Origin: Eledone cirrhosa
Taxonomy: Eukaryota
Assembly (NCBI GenBank): GCA_964016885.1
Contig: OZ024759.1
Coordinates: 29,884,001-29,948,000 of the forward strand
DNA: 64,000 nt
Direction: 5' to 3'
Each line of letters starts with the position of its first letter. Position 1 is the stretch's first letter. Of the stretch, positions 12,656 through 26,085 are shown one piece after another. The notes under the pieces are model-generated. The model made no database searches, was not told the DNA's origin, and was given only the letters and a program-made list of their open reading frames with translations. The translations under genes and the position numbers were made by a program.

Positions 12656-13549
12656 TCTAATAATAACAACAACAATAATAATAATAATAAAGCAAGATAA
12701 ATACAACTATAATAATAATGCTTTTTTTTGTTAACCACAAGGGTTATAAATAATAATGGAACAAAAAAAAAATAACAACAACAACAACAATAATTATGAT
12801 AGCAATGATGATGATGATGATGATGATGATATCAATATTAATAATAATAACAACAACAACAACAACAACAATAATAATGATATTAACAAACTAACAACAA
12901 CAACAGAAACAATAATAATAATGAAGAAATAATAAAATCGTACAGCTAAATCATGTATATGATTTATATAAGAAATTGCCCCTTCAGTAGTGGAGAAAAA
13001 TCGTGATAATTATGTGAAATATCAGAAATAAATTTAGCTAAAGTACATATCAACCCAGTAAATCTTAGAATACTTAATACTCAGTAAAGTGGCAGAAAGA
13101 GGCTGAGATATGCAATGACTGCATAGCATGTTTATAATTAGATGCAGTTTATTATTTTCATTAAACGGATTAAATTTTGTCGTTATTGGGGTTCGAGTTA
13201 GGTTGGAGTTGGGTTGGGATGGCAAGTTGTGTGTCTCTCCCTGTAGGTGTGTATATATATATAAATCAGTTACCGTCCCACCCTTGCAAGCAGGGAGAAA
13301 GTGGACGTAAAATGAAATGATGATGATGATTATCATCATTTTTCGCCCGCTTTTCCCTACTTGCAAGGGTGGGATGGGAACTGATTCTGGCTGGATTTCT
13401 ACAGCTGGATGCCCTTCCTAACACCAACCTCATTTACAGTGAGTGCTGGGTGCTTTTTTTCCAAGGGGTCTACACGTCCACTTTGCAATATGGGCTGGGT
13501 GCTTTTTTGCCATGGCACCTCCACGACCACTTTGCAGTGGAATGATAGG

Positions 13550-13695
13550 GACCCCAGTCCTATCATCTCATTTCTACAGCTGAGTAAACTGGAGCAATGT
13601 GAAATAAAGTGTCTTGCTCAAGGAAACAACACATCACCCGGTCTGAGAATTGAACTCACAACCTTTCAAGGCCAATGCTCTAACCACTAAGCCAA
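13550..13695 (-). mobile_element. second tRNA-derived SINE family, partial copy
   Basis: cagctgagtaaactggagcaa..tgaaataaagtgtcttgctcaaggaaacaacacatcacc..gagaattgaactcacaacc; recurs at 18579, 19505, 41645, 58170, 61060 and 63590. Confidence 0.8.
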
Positions 13696-13728
13696 TATAT
13701 TCAAATATAGCTATATATAGATATATTC

Positions 13729-13760
<32 letters not shown>

Positions 13761-13935
13761 TCATATACATATATATATATAGATATTCATATATATATAT
13801 AGATATTCATATATATATATAGATATTCATATATATATATAGATATTCATATATATATATAGATATTCACATATATATATATATATAGATATTCACATAT
13901 ATATATATATATATTCATATATATATATATATATA

Positions 13936-13969
<34 letters not shown>

Positions 13970-13983
13970 TATATATATATATA

Positions 13984-14047
<64 letters not shown>

Positions 14048-14722
14048 CACACACACACATATATATATATATAAGTGTGTGTAAAATCAACCAAAAGGCA
14101 CGTAATGGAATTATGCATGGCTACATGCACAGATGCACACTCACACAAACATGCTATATTCTAATTTGTATATATATATATAATACGTATATATATACAT
14201 GCATAATGTATATGCACTTATATATATGTGTATGTATACACTCACTGATTTAGATGCATACATGCATACGTAAATACATAAATACATGTTGTTAATACCT
14301 TCCCATAAGGTATGACATGGTAACTAGAACAATCTAGAATGCACCACTGAAGATGGAAATAACCATAAATAGGGATGAATAAACAGAGTTATGGCTCAAA
14401 GAAATATTGGTAGAATCTAAAAATAAACATTGCTTTCAAATTAAAACAGAACCGCCTCGTTATATAACCGCCTCGTTATATATGGTGAATTGCAATGAAG
14501 CGATAGCACAGTTTCATTAAAGGACAAAGCTTAAGGGAATCTATTGCACATGCCACCACCATCAATGAAGCTTAAGGGTCAGTCCACAGCATGGTCCCGA
14601 CGGACATGATGGAGTAGATGAGAGCTGCTCCATATTTGATGTCAATGTAATCATCATCATCATCATCATCACAGCTTTACGTCCATTCTTCTATACTAAT
14701 TAGACCGGTTGCCGTGCTGTGA

Positions 14723-14910
14723 TAATTGTTTCTACTTTTGGCACAAGGCCAGCAATTACCCAGTGCATTACTGGTACTTTATTTTATCGACCCCGTAAGG
14801 ATGAAAGGCAAAGTTAACCTCGGCGGGATTTGAACTCAGACTGTAAAGGGACGTAACTATGCAAGAAAGCATGGCGTCCGACTCTCTACTGATACTGCCA
14901 ATCCACCGCC
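14723..14910 (-). mobile_element. octopod-type tRNA SINE, full length
   Basis: Same consensus as 37203-37390; ccgtgctgtgataat repeated on both sides as a target-site duplication (14712 and 14909). Confidence 0.88.
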
Positions 14911-15212
14911 GTGCTGTGATAATGCAAGGTTGGGTGTCCATGTCTCGCTCATACGGGAACTGATTTTGGCTTCATTTCTACAGTTGGATGCCCTTCCTAA
15001 CACCAACCTCACTTCCAGTGAGTACTGGGTGCTTTTTTACCGTGGCACTTACATGGCCACTTTACAGTGTGGGCTTTTTTTCCGTGGCACCTCCAAGCCC
15101 ACTTTGCAGTGGGAGGGTGGTGGGGGCATACTGTCTATATGCTACAGCTTCGGCTTGTACCCGTGGGAAGTCGGGTCTTCTGTATTACTGCTCAACGCCA
15201 GAGGTCACGGTC

Positions 15213-15440
15213 CTATGTCATCACCTTTGAGAGGTGCAATTGGGCAAGGTCAGCTTTTATCATTTCATCCCAGGTCTTCTTGGGTCTCCCTACTCCAAGG
15301 CTTCCATCGACCTTTAGTGCTCTGCACCTTTTTATGCAGCTGTCATCCTTCATATGCATCACATTACCATACCAACGCAACCTCCTCTCCTGCACACAGT
15401 ATTTGATTTCTCTTATGCCCAGTCTCTCTCTCAATTTGTA
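15213..15440 (-). mobile_element. RTE-type LINE 3' fragment
   Basis: ERRLRWYGNVMHM...GRPKKTWDEMIKADL, the typical RTE C-terminal motif. Confidence 0.8.
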
Positions 15441-15561
15441 AGAAAAAAATGAGCAAGAAAAATAAAAGAGGAGGGTAACTATGGATCATTGATGAGGAGT
15501 TTGCAGATCGAGTATTCAAGATACATGTTCAGTTTCATACCTATTGTTATTGAAGCTACTA

Positions 15562-16400
15562 GGGCTGTGAATTGGCAGAATTGATAGAGCGTTGACCACC
15601 CTGCTCCCTGGCATAGAGGCATGGTCCTTAACACTCTGAGTTCAAATCCCACCGAGGTTACCTTTGCCTTTCAACCTTACAGGGTCGATAAAATAAAGTA
15701 CCAATCACATAAAGGGGTCGATTTCATCCTCATCCAGCAGCCTCAGCCGATATGGACTCAACTATTGATCTCCACGTGGGTCTGTTGTTCATTGCCGTTG
15801 CCAAGTACTGGATTACAACACCAGAATCTCTGGAGATGACATCGGGATAGGGGAGCTTGCACCCCCTGTTATTAGTGACTGCTTGTGGTTTCCAAAGCCC
15901 TAAAGGGGACACAGCCTTATAGGTGGCACGATGGCAGTGGCCAACAAATCTTATTCTCCTTTTACGTACAACGGCGGCAGATATGCGTTGGAGGCCGGCA
16001 TATATCTCTCTCAAAGTCAGATGTCGCCAGCTAATGTTCTGAATGAGATGAAGCAGCGAGTGTAAGTGCCATCAAGGTGCTTTTGTTGTTTGGACGAAAG
16101 TGATTTAATCGACTTTCCCTGCTCCCAAAATTGCTGGCCTAATGCCTAAATAAGAAACCATTTAGTTACGTCCCTTTACGATCTGAGTTCAAATCCCGCC
16201 GAGGTTGACTTTGCTTTTCATCCTTACGGGGTCGATAAAATAAAGTACCAGTAATGCACTGGGTAATTGCTGGCCTTGTGCCTAAAGTAGAAACAATTAT
16301 TATCATATTTATATCTAGGTAAGGGTGGTAGATTGGCTTGGATGGATGAAAGGCAAAGCTAACCTCAGCGGGATTTGAACTCAGAACGTAAATGGCCATA
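15562..16400. mobile_element. SINE interrupted by an RTE-like LINE 3' fragment (15726-16100, minus), followed by two more SINE pieces
   Basis: SINE head 15562-15725 resumes at gatttaatcgactttccc (16102); the insert encodes RKRRIRFVGHCHR...LWKP...YPDVISRDSG...AMNNRPTWRSIV. Confidence 0.75.
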
Positions 16401-16890
16401 ATTCTAGGTCACAAAGCACATTGCCCAGAAGTTTCTACCATCGCAGGCTTGACCACACAAACATATCAGACAGACAGACAGAGAGAGAGAGAGAGGGGGG
16501 GGGGTGATGCATACTGTATACTGTGCAGTAGGTAGGTTAAGGTAATATAGGTCACAAGCTCCACCACTAAAACCACCACCACCATCACCATGGCAACTCA
16601 CTCACTCACTCATTCATTTACTCAATGATATGGCGTCACCGAGCATTATATGACGTCAGTGAACAGTTTATAATAAGAGCAAAGTGCTCATGCTCAGGTT
16701 TTATCCAGTGTCTTTCTGATATCTGTTTGTGACAGTCACCTCAAGGAGGACACATGCTGTTTACTGCTGTTGTGTGTTGGAGACTGCTTAACAAAACAGA
16801 GACAATGAGATAGCTATGCCTCATTGTTTTGGTCTTTTGTAGAATCAAAAACAATAATTAAAAAAAACCCCAAACAAAAACAATCTCTCT

Positions 16891-16938
<48 letters not shown>

Positions 16939-16969
16939 ATATGTGTGTGTGTGTATACATATATATATG

Positions 16970-17001
<32 letters not shown>

Positions 17002-17077
17002 TGTATATATGCATATATATATATACATATATATGTATATATGTATATATATATATACATATATATGTATATATTTG

Positions 17078-17122
<45 letters not shown>

Positions 17123-17171
17123 TTGTATGTATATATATATATATGTATATATATACATATATATGTATATT

Positions 17172-17312
<141 letters not shown>

Positions 17313-17349
17313 ATATATATATATATGTATATATATGTATATATATGTA

Positions 17350-17400
<51 letters not shown>

Positions 17401-17524
17401 GTATATATATATACATATATGTATATATATATATATATATATGCATATATGTATATATATATATATATATGTATATATATGTATATATATGTATATATAT
17501 ATATATTATATATATATATACATA

Positions 17525-17566
<42 letters not shown>

Positions 17567-17575
17567 CATATATAC

Positions 17576-17628
<53 letters not shown>

Positions 17629-18061
17629 TGTGTACATATATTTGTATGTATGTATATATATATATATATAGACACATGCATAAACACACACAGAAGTACA
17701 TATATACATACATACACACACAGAGAGACATACAGAAACGTATGGGAACTCGAAATAAATGAGGAAAACAAAAACAAACAAAGAAACAAACAAGTAAATA
17801 ACCAAATAAATAAATAAATAAAGGAGCAATTTCAAGATGAAATTCAAAATAATTTATCTAAGGTTACCATGCCATTAAATCGTCTCTAGCTACGTAGTGA
17901 CTGTGTTTGGTGAAGAATTGGAGGGAATCTAACAGAGGCAGACAATGTGGCTTTCTATATAAATGAAATAATGGACCTCCGTTGGTTTCGACGATGAGTG
18001 TTCCCAGTTGCTCAGTGAATGGAACAGCCTGCTCAATTTTTGTATATATATATATATATAA

Positions 18062-18217
18062 AACAAAGGAATTGTGGTAAGGAACCAGATAGACCATAAC
18101 GCACCAGAGTACTCAATACTTAAGGTAGTAGAGTGGGAAATAAAAAAAAAGTCTAATTTAGTCCAGAAATAGCCGTCGAAACGGCTTGAGCTCTGCCGTC
18201 GGTGTCATACTTTTTCC

Positions 18218-18220
<3 letters not shown>
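18062..18220 (-). mobile_element. PLE-end family A element, tail on minus with inverted arm on plus, in (TA)n
   Basis: ggtaaggaaccagatagaccataacgcaccagagtactcaatactt followed by gtccagaaatagccgtcgaaacggcttgagctc. Confidence 0.7.
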
Positions 18221-18248
<28 letters not shown>

Positions 18249-18310
18249 ATGTATATATACATACACACACACATATATATATATATATATGTGTGTATGT
18301 ATATATACAT

Positions 18311-18351
<41 letters not shown>

Positions 18352-18416
18352 CATGTATAAATACATATATATGTGTATATATACATATACATGTATATAT
18401 ATACATATATATATAC

Positions 18417-18491
<75 letters not shown>

Positions 18492-19357
18492 TATACATAT
18501 ATATATATACATATATATATATACATATATATATACACATATATATATACATATATATATACACATATATATATACATGTTCAATTCTCAGACCGGGTGA
18601 TGTGTTGTTTCCTTGAGCAAGACACTTTATTTCACGTTGCTCCAGTTTACTCAGCTGTAGAAATGAGTACCGGCCTGTCCGCTCAGCCAGTGGGATGGCG
18701 TTATCTTATGGCTAAAACAGCACGACGTGCTGTGACCAGCAGCGCCGATCGGTCAAGGTGATATATATACATATATATACATGCCTATACATACAAATAT
18801 ATATATATACACACACAGACACATATGCCTACAGTAAACAGCAGTAGGAAAATAATAGGATATATACAATCCAGTATAGTTCGTTGTATACTGCAGTATA
18901 CTTCGTTGTATACTGGATATTCATAGATATATATATTTGTGAGGAAAGTGATGCTATATAATTTCCATTGTAGTATGTTCGTTAAAAGAAAATATTTACG
19001 ATGTACGTTAAACTGTTAACCTATTCATAGTTGAGCCGCTCTTCCTATTGCACATCTGCTTACTAGATTAAGAAAGCGACGTTATTATATGATTACATGC
19101 GTATATTCACATACCAACATACTCACATATGCATGTGCATACACATACACACATGCATAAATACATATACACACAAATATATATATATCTCCACCACCGG
19201 ATCTTGTTACCCGGAGATTTACCCACAGTGCTTCAAGCAAACTTCAATACTCTCTTATATATATATATTATATATATATATATACATATATATTCACACA
19301 CAAACACTATATATATATAAATATATATATATACATATATACACATATACTATAAAT

Positions 19358-19396
<39 letters not shown>

Positions 19397-19504
19397 AATA
19401 CATATATATATATATAAATACATATATATAAATACATATATATACACACACACACACTATATTTATATATATAAATATATATATTCACACACACTATATA
19501 AAAA

Positions 19505-19775
19505 AAGTCTAAAGCCAGAAAGCTCATTGGTGCTTATCCCGGTTTCATGGCGTGAAGCGACTGAGAGTACAAGAATCCCCCCTGGACAGGACACCAGTCC
19601 ATCGCCGGATTAAACCTCCAGCTAGTGCTGGTACTCATTTTCAGCTGAGTAAACTGGAGCAACGTGAAATAAAGTGTCTTGCTCAAGGAAACAACACATC
19701 ACCCTGTCTGAGAATTGAACTCACAACCTTTCGATTGCAAACCTAATGCTCTAACCACTAAGCCATGCACCTTCA
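19505..19775 (-). mobile_element. second tRNA-SINE family, near full length
   Basis: Minus head ggtgcatggcttagtggttagagc...gagttcaattctc; shared central core. Confidence 0.8.
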
Positions 19776-19783
19776 CCACACAC

Positions 19784-19831
<48 letters not shown>

Positions 19832-20277
19832 TACATACATACTTTATATATTTTATATATTCAAAATACATGTATACTGGATATATACTTTATATAAATA
19901 CACACATACATACCCCCCCCCCACATACACACATATATACACTAATGTTTCTGAATATATAAATGGATACACAAATCCATATCCTTAGATATGTCCTTTA
20001 CTAGCCTAAACAGCAACTGTAAGATATTTGCAGGCAGCTGGTTCTGTCATGTAGACGTTTTCAGATCTTTCAACTAAAATAAACAGATTGAGAAAAACGA
20101 CAAAATTACAGAGATGAGATGAGCGTAGCTTGAATCTTCGGGGTGAATAACAGATATTTAGAGTAGATAAAATATGAAGATGCATCGTATCTGGTCTACA
20201 TTTCACAATGTCTGTGTGTAAATGTAGGCTAGTAGATTAAGAATGCCTCCTCATGTTTTATTTTTTTGTTAGGTTTT

Positions 20278-20718
20278 ATAGGAACAAGTATGACCACGAC
20301 GGCAGAGCTCAAGCCGTTTCGACGGCTAATTCTGGACTAAATAAGAATTTTTAGCTTGGTAAATAAATAGCCGAACTTCTCAGGGGGTAATTCCTTATAT
20401 GGGAAGATAGTAATTGTCCAAAGGGATTGGTCAAAAATTTGTTGTAAAGACAGATGAAAATAACATGGCATTTGGTGGGAGGTAGGGGTGGCTGAACTTG
20501 CCGGTAGAACAAAGAGGGAGTGGGGGAAACCCAGTCAAGCGTTGAAAGTGAAATCTATTACCAGGCTAAAAATTCTTATTTAGTCCACAATTAGCCGTCG
20601 AAACGGCTTGAGCTCTGCCGTCGGGGTCATACTTGTTCCTATTACCCACTCTACTACCCTAAGTATTGAGTACTTTGGTGCGTTATGGTCCATCTGGTTC
20701 CTTACCACATTTCCTTCG

Positions 20719-20720
<2 letters not shown>
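20278..20720 (+). mobile_element. PLE-end family A element with inverted arm (20278-20360 vs 20560-20642) and tail
   Basis: Inverted repeat visible; the tail ends in (TA)n. Confidence 0.75.
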
Positions 20721-20754
<34 letters not shown>

Positions 20755-22714
20755 GTAGAACACTGGAAGGTAATATCCGTAGTGGTAGAGCACTCAGTCC
20801 ATGGGACGAGTTAGGTAGAAGTGGTTACACAACAGCTAGTTCACCATACCGAGAATAATTGTTTCACCTTAGTGGATCCTCAGCTCGTAATGGACATGGT
20901 TATACGGAACAGGAAGGACAACCGTACGAACGCGCATGCGCAGAAACGATCACTTCATACAGGCAATACTAAATTGCGTGCGAGAGTTGTAAAGGGAGAT
21001 AACTGCTAAAGTCCGAAAGATTCTAGTCGATAAGAAAATTAGGATGTTGTTGTAATTCAATCCAGAGCTTTGTAGTTATGTAAGATGTGTTTCCAGACGT
21101 GTGGACAACGTGTGAAGAATTCATTTCTCGTGTTTAGGCAATCACTATTGCGTAATCTCTTTAGAATAATTATTCGTTCATCAATGCTCCTAGTGGCGGC
21201 CCTGGTTCTTCTTATTTGCCATTGTAAACTCGGCCAGATTAGATTAGATTACCTCTACAAAATACTTCAGCAATGGCGGTATAGTGACGGCTTCTGTCTC
21301 TCTCTCTCGCTCTCCCCATCTCTCACTATTATAAACAAATTGAGGGCTCACACGCTGGCAGCCGCGGTGGACAGAATAGAGAAGTCGTTTCCCCGGAGGG
21401 TGGTGACGGAGATGTGTTTGGAAGAGCAGCAATTCCAACTCGTAAGGCTCATACTTGCGGGTGCCAACTCCTACGGGTAGCCAACTCCTACTCGTGATAA
21501 TATCGATTTTAAAAAGTATTATAAGCTTATAATGAAACACAAACGCGAAAGACATTTCAAGACATCTCAACAGAGTCATTGAGGAAGATACAGAATTATC
21601 TAGTGAAGAACTATGGCAGGTAATGTTTGATTATTTGAGATGGAAAGGTTTTAGGTTACCACAAGGAAGTAATTGAATTTAGTAGTAGTTACTTGTAGTA
21701 AAAACCTTCCATGATAATTTTATGTAAAAACCTTTGTTAAGTTATGTTCCAGAAGAGAGTAACCGAGGAAGACACAGAACTATCTAGTGAAGAACTGAGA
21801 GAGTTAATGCTTGGTTGTGTGAGACGGAAAGGTTTTATCATGTCAGCACAAAGAAATAGATTAATTTAGTAGTTTGAACGGTTAAATTTACGATAATGTC
21901 TGTAACACAAATATTACTTCCGAGGGGTTGATGATGATAACGATAATGATGATGATGATGATGATAGCGATAATGATGATGATGTTGATGACGACAATGA
22001 TGATGATGATGATGATGATAATGATGATGACGATGATGATAATGATGGGCTGACAATAAAGTAACTTCTTTAAAAGTGACCAATTTTTTAAAGAGGAAAA
22101 ATTCAGGGAGGGAAATATAAAAAAAAAAAGGGACAGAGGAAAAAACCCAAAACAAACAAAACAACTCCCACCCCAAAACCCCCATAAAAACACCAACAAC
22201 ATCATCACGTGGTTTTGGAGCTCCATGTTAAACGCATTCAATGGATTATTGGTTCTTCCAGATTCAAATAGGAAATTAAAATTAAATTTAACAAAAAAAA
22301 AAAAAAAAAATTACAAATACCAAATAAAATTTTACGGAAAAAATTATTTCCTGAGTTTTATATTTTTAAATAATAATTTATTATATTTATTAATATTTTT
22401 CTATATTTTTCTATTTTTTTCATAATTTTCTATCGTTGAATAGAAATAAAAGATTGTTAGGAAGACTGGAGTATCTTAGAATCTCTATTTGTAGGTTATA
22501 AAATATAAAATTAAATTTTAAGATATCTTTTAAGAGGGACCATTATATGGTTGACATTTCTTTTATGTCTTCCATACAAGAAGAACAATGAGTTCATTAG
22601 AAGAGTCTCTTCTATTGCAGTGGACAACTGGCAGTAGAAGTACACTTAAAGTTTCAAAGGCAGATGTTGTGTATGATGTGTACATGTATGATGTGTCTAT
22701 GTATGTGTATATAC

Positions 22715-22783
<69 letters not shown>

Positions 22784-22808
22784 AAAGTTTTATTTAAAAT
22801 TGTTGGGT

Positions 22809-22850
<42 letters not shown>

Positions 22851-22977
22851 ACCCAACAATTTTAAATAAAACTTTTGCATATATATATATATATATTTTT
22901 TTATATATATCTTAATATTTATATGTACACACACACACATATATATATACACATATACACACACATATATAATATAT

Positions 22978-23020
<43 letters not shown>

Positions 23021-23123
23021 TAATATATATACATACAGATATATATATTATTACACACACGCATAATATATATACACACACACATATATACACACACACA
23101 CATATATATATATATGTGTGTGT

Positions 23124-23597
23124 GAGCTTGAAATCTGTGTGGAAGTCGGACCTTCGTAAAGACCTGAAAATCCGCCTCTTCATTGCTGTAGTGGAGTCTG
23201 TGCTGCTGTACGGGTCTGAAACTTGGACACTGACCAAGAAACTCACTCAGATGGTGGATGGGTGCTACACGAGAAGGCTGAGGATGGCTCTGAACATTAA
23301 TAAGGATGAAAAACTCAGAGCTGTATGGGAGCCTCCCAAACATCAGCTCAAAAGTGACACAGAGGAGACTGAGGTTAGCTGGACATGCTCACCTACATCC
23401 AGAGTTGACATTGCACTCAGTGCTCCCGTGGGAGCCCCTATAAGGACAAACTGGAAGGGGAAGACCAAGGTTAACGTATGTTGATGCCCTAGGGACAGAC
23501 ACTGGTCTGTTGGAGACACAGGACATGGCAGCGATAATGAAGGACAGGGACCGCTGGAGAGAACTCGTCCATGGATCTCGGGAATTTTACCCGCCCT

Positions 23598-23600
<3 letters not shown>
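23124..23600 (+). mobile_element. RTE/RTE-X LINE 3' fragment, frameshifted
   Basis: LKIRLFIAVVESVLLYGSETWTLTK...DGCYTRRLRMALNI; same family as 44833-45245. Confidence 0.85.
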
Positions 23601-23666
<66 letters not shown>

Positions 23667-23849
23667 TGTGTGTATGTAAATATATTCAAATTGTAAGAAA
23701 GCCAAGGATAGGATATTATTTATTTATACATCTCTACGAACGTTTCAATGTGGCTATAACATCACATTTATTTGTGGAGAACGGAGGACGGTAAAGTGAA
23801 TCAACTGTCTCATCTTACCATTGAAATAGTCAGGTATTACACTATAATG

Positions 23850-23924
<75 letters not shown>

Positions 23925-24135
23925 CACACACATTTTTATGAATACAAATATATACATATATACATATGTGTATGTACGTGCGTATGTGTGTATATTTATT
24001 TAAAGAAAATGTTTTTCATTAAAACAATAAAAAAGGATATATATATATATATGTATGTATATTTATAAACATAGCGTATTTCTTTAGAAATACGAAAATC
24101 AAATACATATTTGTATACAGCAAAGTTCGAAACTA

Positions 24136-24234
<99 letters not shown>

Positions 24235-24389
24235 CATATATATATGTATATAAACAATGAGTTATTTGGTTTGTTTATTATCCAACAAAGTTAATTTACA
24301 ACAGATTAGAAGCACTCAACGGTTTTATCCGGAGTATCATTAATATCAATAATATCAATAAATGGAAAATATCTTTATAAAACCATATT

Positions 24390-24450
24390 TATTTTATTAT
24401 ACGTATTTCAAGGGTACTAATATTTTAGTACGCTTTCGTCAGATAAAATA
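24390..24450 (-). ncRNA. minimal type I hammerhead ribozyme
   Basis: TATTTTAT-CTGACGA-stem II(GTACTAA/TTAGTAC)-GAAAT-ACGT-ATA-ATAAAATA; palindromic stem III; paralog of 6383-6449. Confidence 0.82.
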
Positions 24451-24517
24451 CAATAATTGGTGTAAAAGTAGTGACATATCTTCATGTGAACTTCATGTTA
24501 TAAGTTCATTGAATGTG

Positions 24518-24560
<43 letters not shown>

Positions 24561-24562
<2 letters not shown>

Positions 24563-24682
24563 CGAAGGAAATGTGGTAAGGAACCAGATGGACCATAACG
24601 CACCAAAGTACTCAATACTTAGAGTCCAGAATTAGCCGTCGAAACGGCTTGAGCTCAGCCGTCGGGGTCCTACTCGTTCCTA
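24561..24682 (-). mobile_element. PLE-end family A element in (TA)n
   Basis: Tail on minus fused to gtccagaattagccgtcgaaacggcttgagc on plus. Confidence 0.7.
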
Positions 24683-24695
24683 TATATATATATAT

Positions 24696-24768
<73 letters not shown>

Positions 24769-25684
24769 ACCCACATTTGTAAAGATTTGAATAGTTCCCA
24801 AATGTCTCTCAATGATAATTGTGTAAATAACACGAGGAAAATTATATTATCACAGTCACCAAGGATACTGCAAACCTAACATTGACCTTAACCTTGAATC
24901 ATTTCCCTTCCACCGGCCCCTACTCAGCCACCCAACACCCACTGCACTCTCACACCCCACCTCACATCACCACACACTCCAATTCCCACCTCACACTCCA
25001 CTCCCACACCACACTCCCACTCCACCACACCTACGTAAATACAATTTGCTGCCCTTGTTTTGGGGTTTTCTAACTTCATTTATCAAAACTAAGAGAACCA
25101 TGTTATTTTTAATATGGGGCTTTGGACAACTTTGCACCCCCCCCACACACAAACCCACACTCACTCACACACACAAACCCACACACACATACACACACAT
25201 AGAGAGGTAATAACGAGAGATGACTTCTGTATTGTTACAACACACACACACACACACACACATCCAGAGACACACACGCAGATAGACACACACACACACT
25301 GGAACAGACAAACACATAGACACCTCCTCCAAAACACACACACACATCCAGAGACACACACGCAGATAGACACACACACACACACTGGAACAGACAAACA
25401 CATAGACACCTCCTCCAAAACACACACACACACAGAAAAACATACACACACAAACACAGATACAACCGCCCCCGGCCCCCTACCGTCACAGAGGTAATAA
25501 CAAGGAGAGATAACTTGTGACTTGCTACATCAGGCACTATGGAATACAAGATATGTTATAAACCAACATTGTATGGAAACTTGACTCTATAATTTACAAC
25601 AGATATCATTATCTGGTGGAGGTGTAACTAGCGCAATGGTAATTATATATGTGTGTGTTTGTTATTTGTGTAAAGATATAGAGG

Positions 25685-26085
25685 TGGGGAGGGGGAAGGG
25701 GAGGAAGAGAGGATAAGGGAGAGGGTGAGAGGAGGGAGAGGAGATGACGGGGGGGGGTGACGAAGAGGGAGGAGGAAGCTGGAGATAATGGAAGGTGAGG
25801 GAGAGGAAGGGAGAAGGGAAAGGATGTGAGTAGAAGAAAGAGGATGAGAGAAAGGAGAGGAGAGAAAGGAGAGGAGAGAGAAAGGAGAGGAGAGAAAGGA
25901 GAGGAGAGAGAAAGGAGAGGAGAGAAAGGAGAGGAGAGAGAAAGGAGAGGAGAGAGAAAAGACAGGAGAGAGAAAGAAGAGGAGAGAGAAAGGACAGGAG
26001 AGAGAAAGAAGAGGAGAGAGAAAGGATAGGAGAGAGAAAGGAGAGGAGAGAGAAAGGAGAGGAGAGAGAAAGGAGAGTAGAGAAA
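25685..26085. repeat. purine (GA)-rich low-complexity tandem repeat
   Basis: aggagaggagagaaaggagaggagagag units. Confidence 0.85.

Noticed and set aside
23731-23781. Hammerhead-like GAAAC-GTTC-GTA on minus
   Set aside because: The CUGANGA core is destroyed (CAAATAA); a decayed remnant at best.
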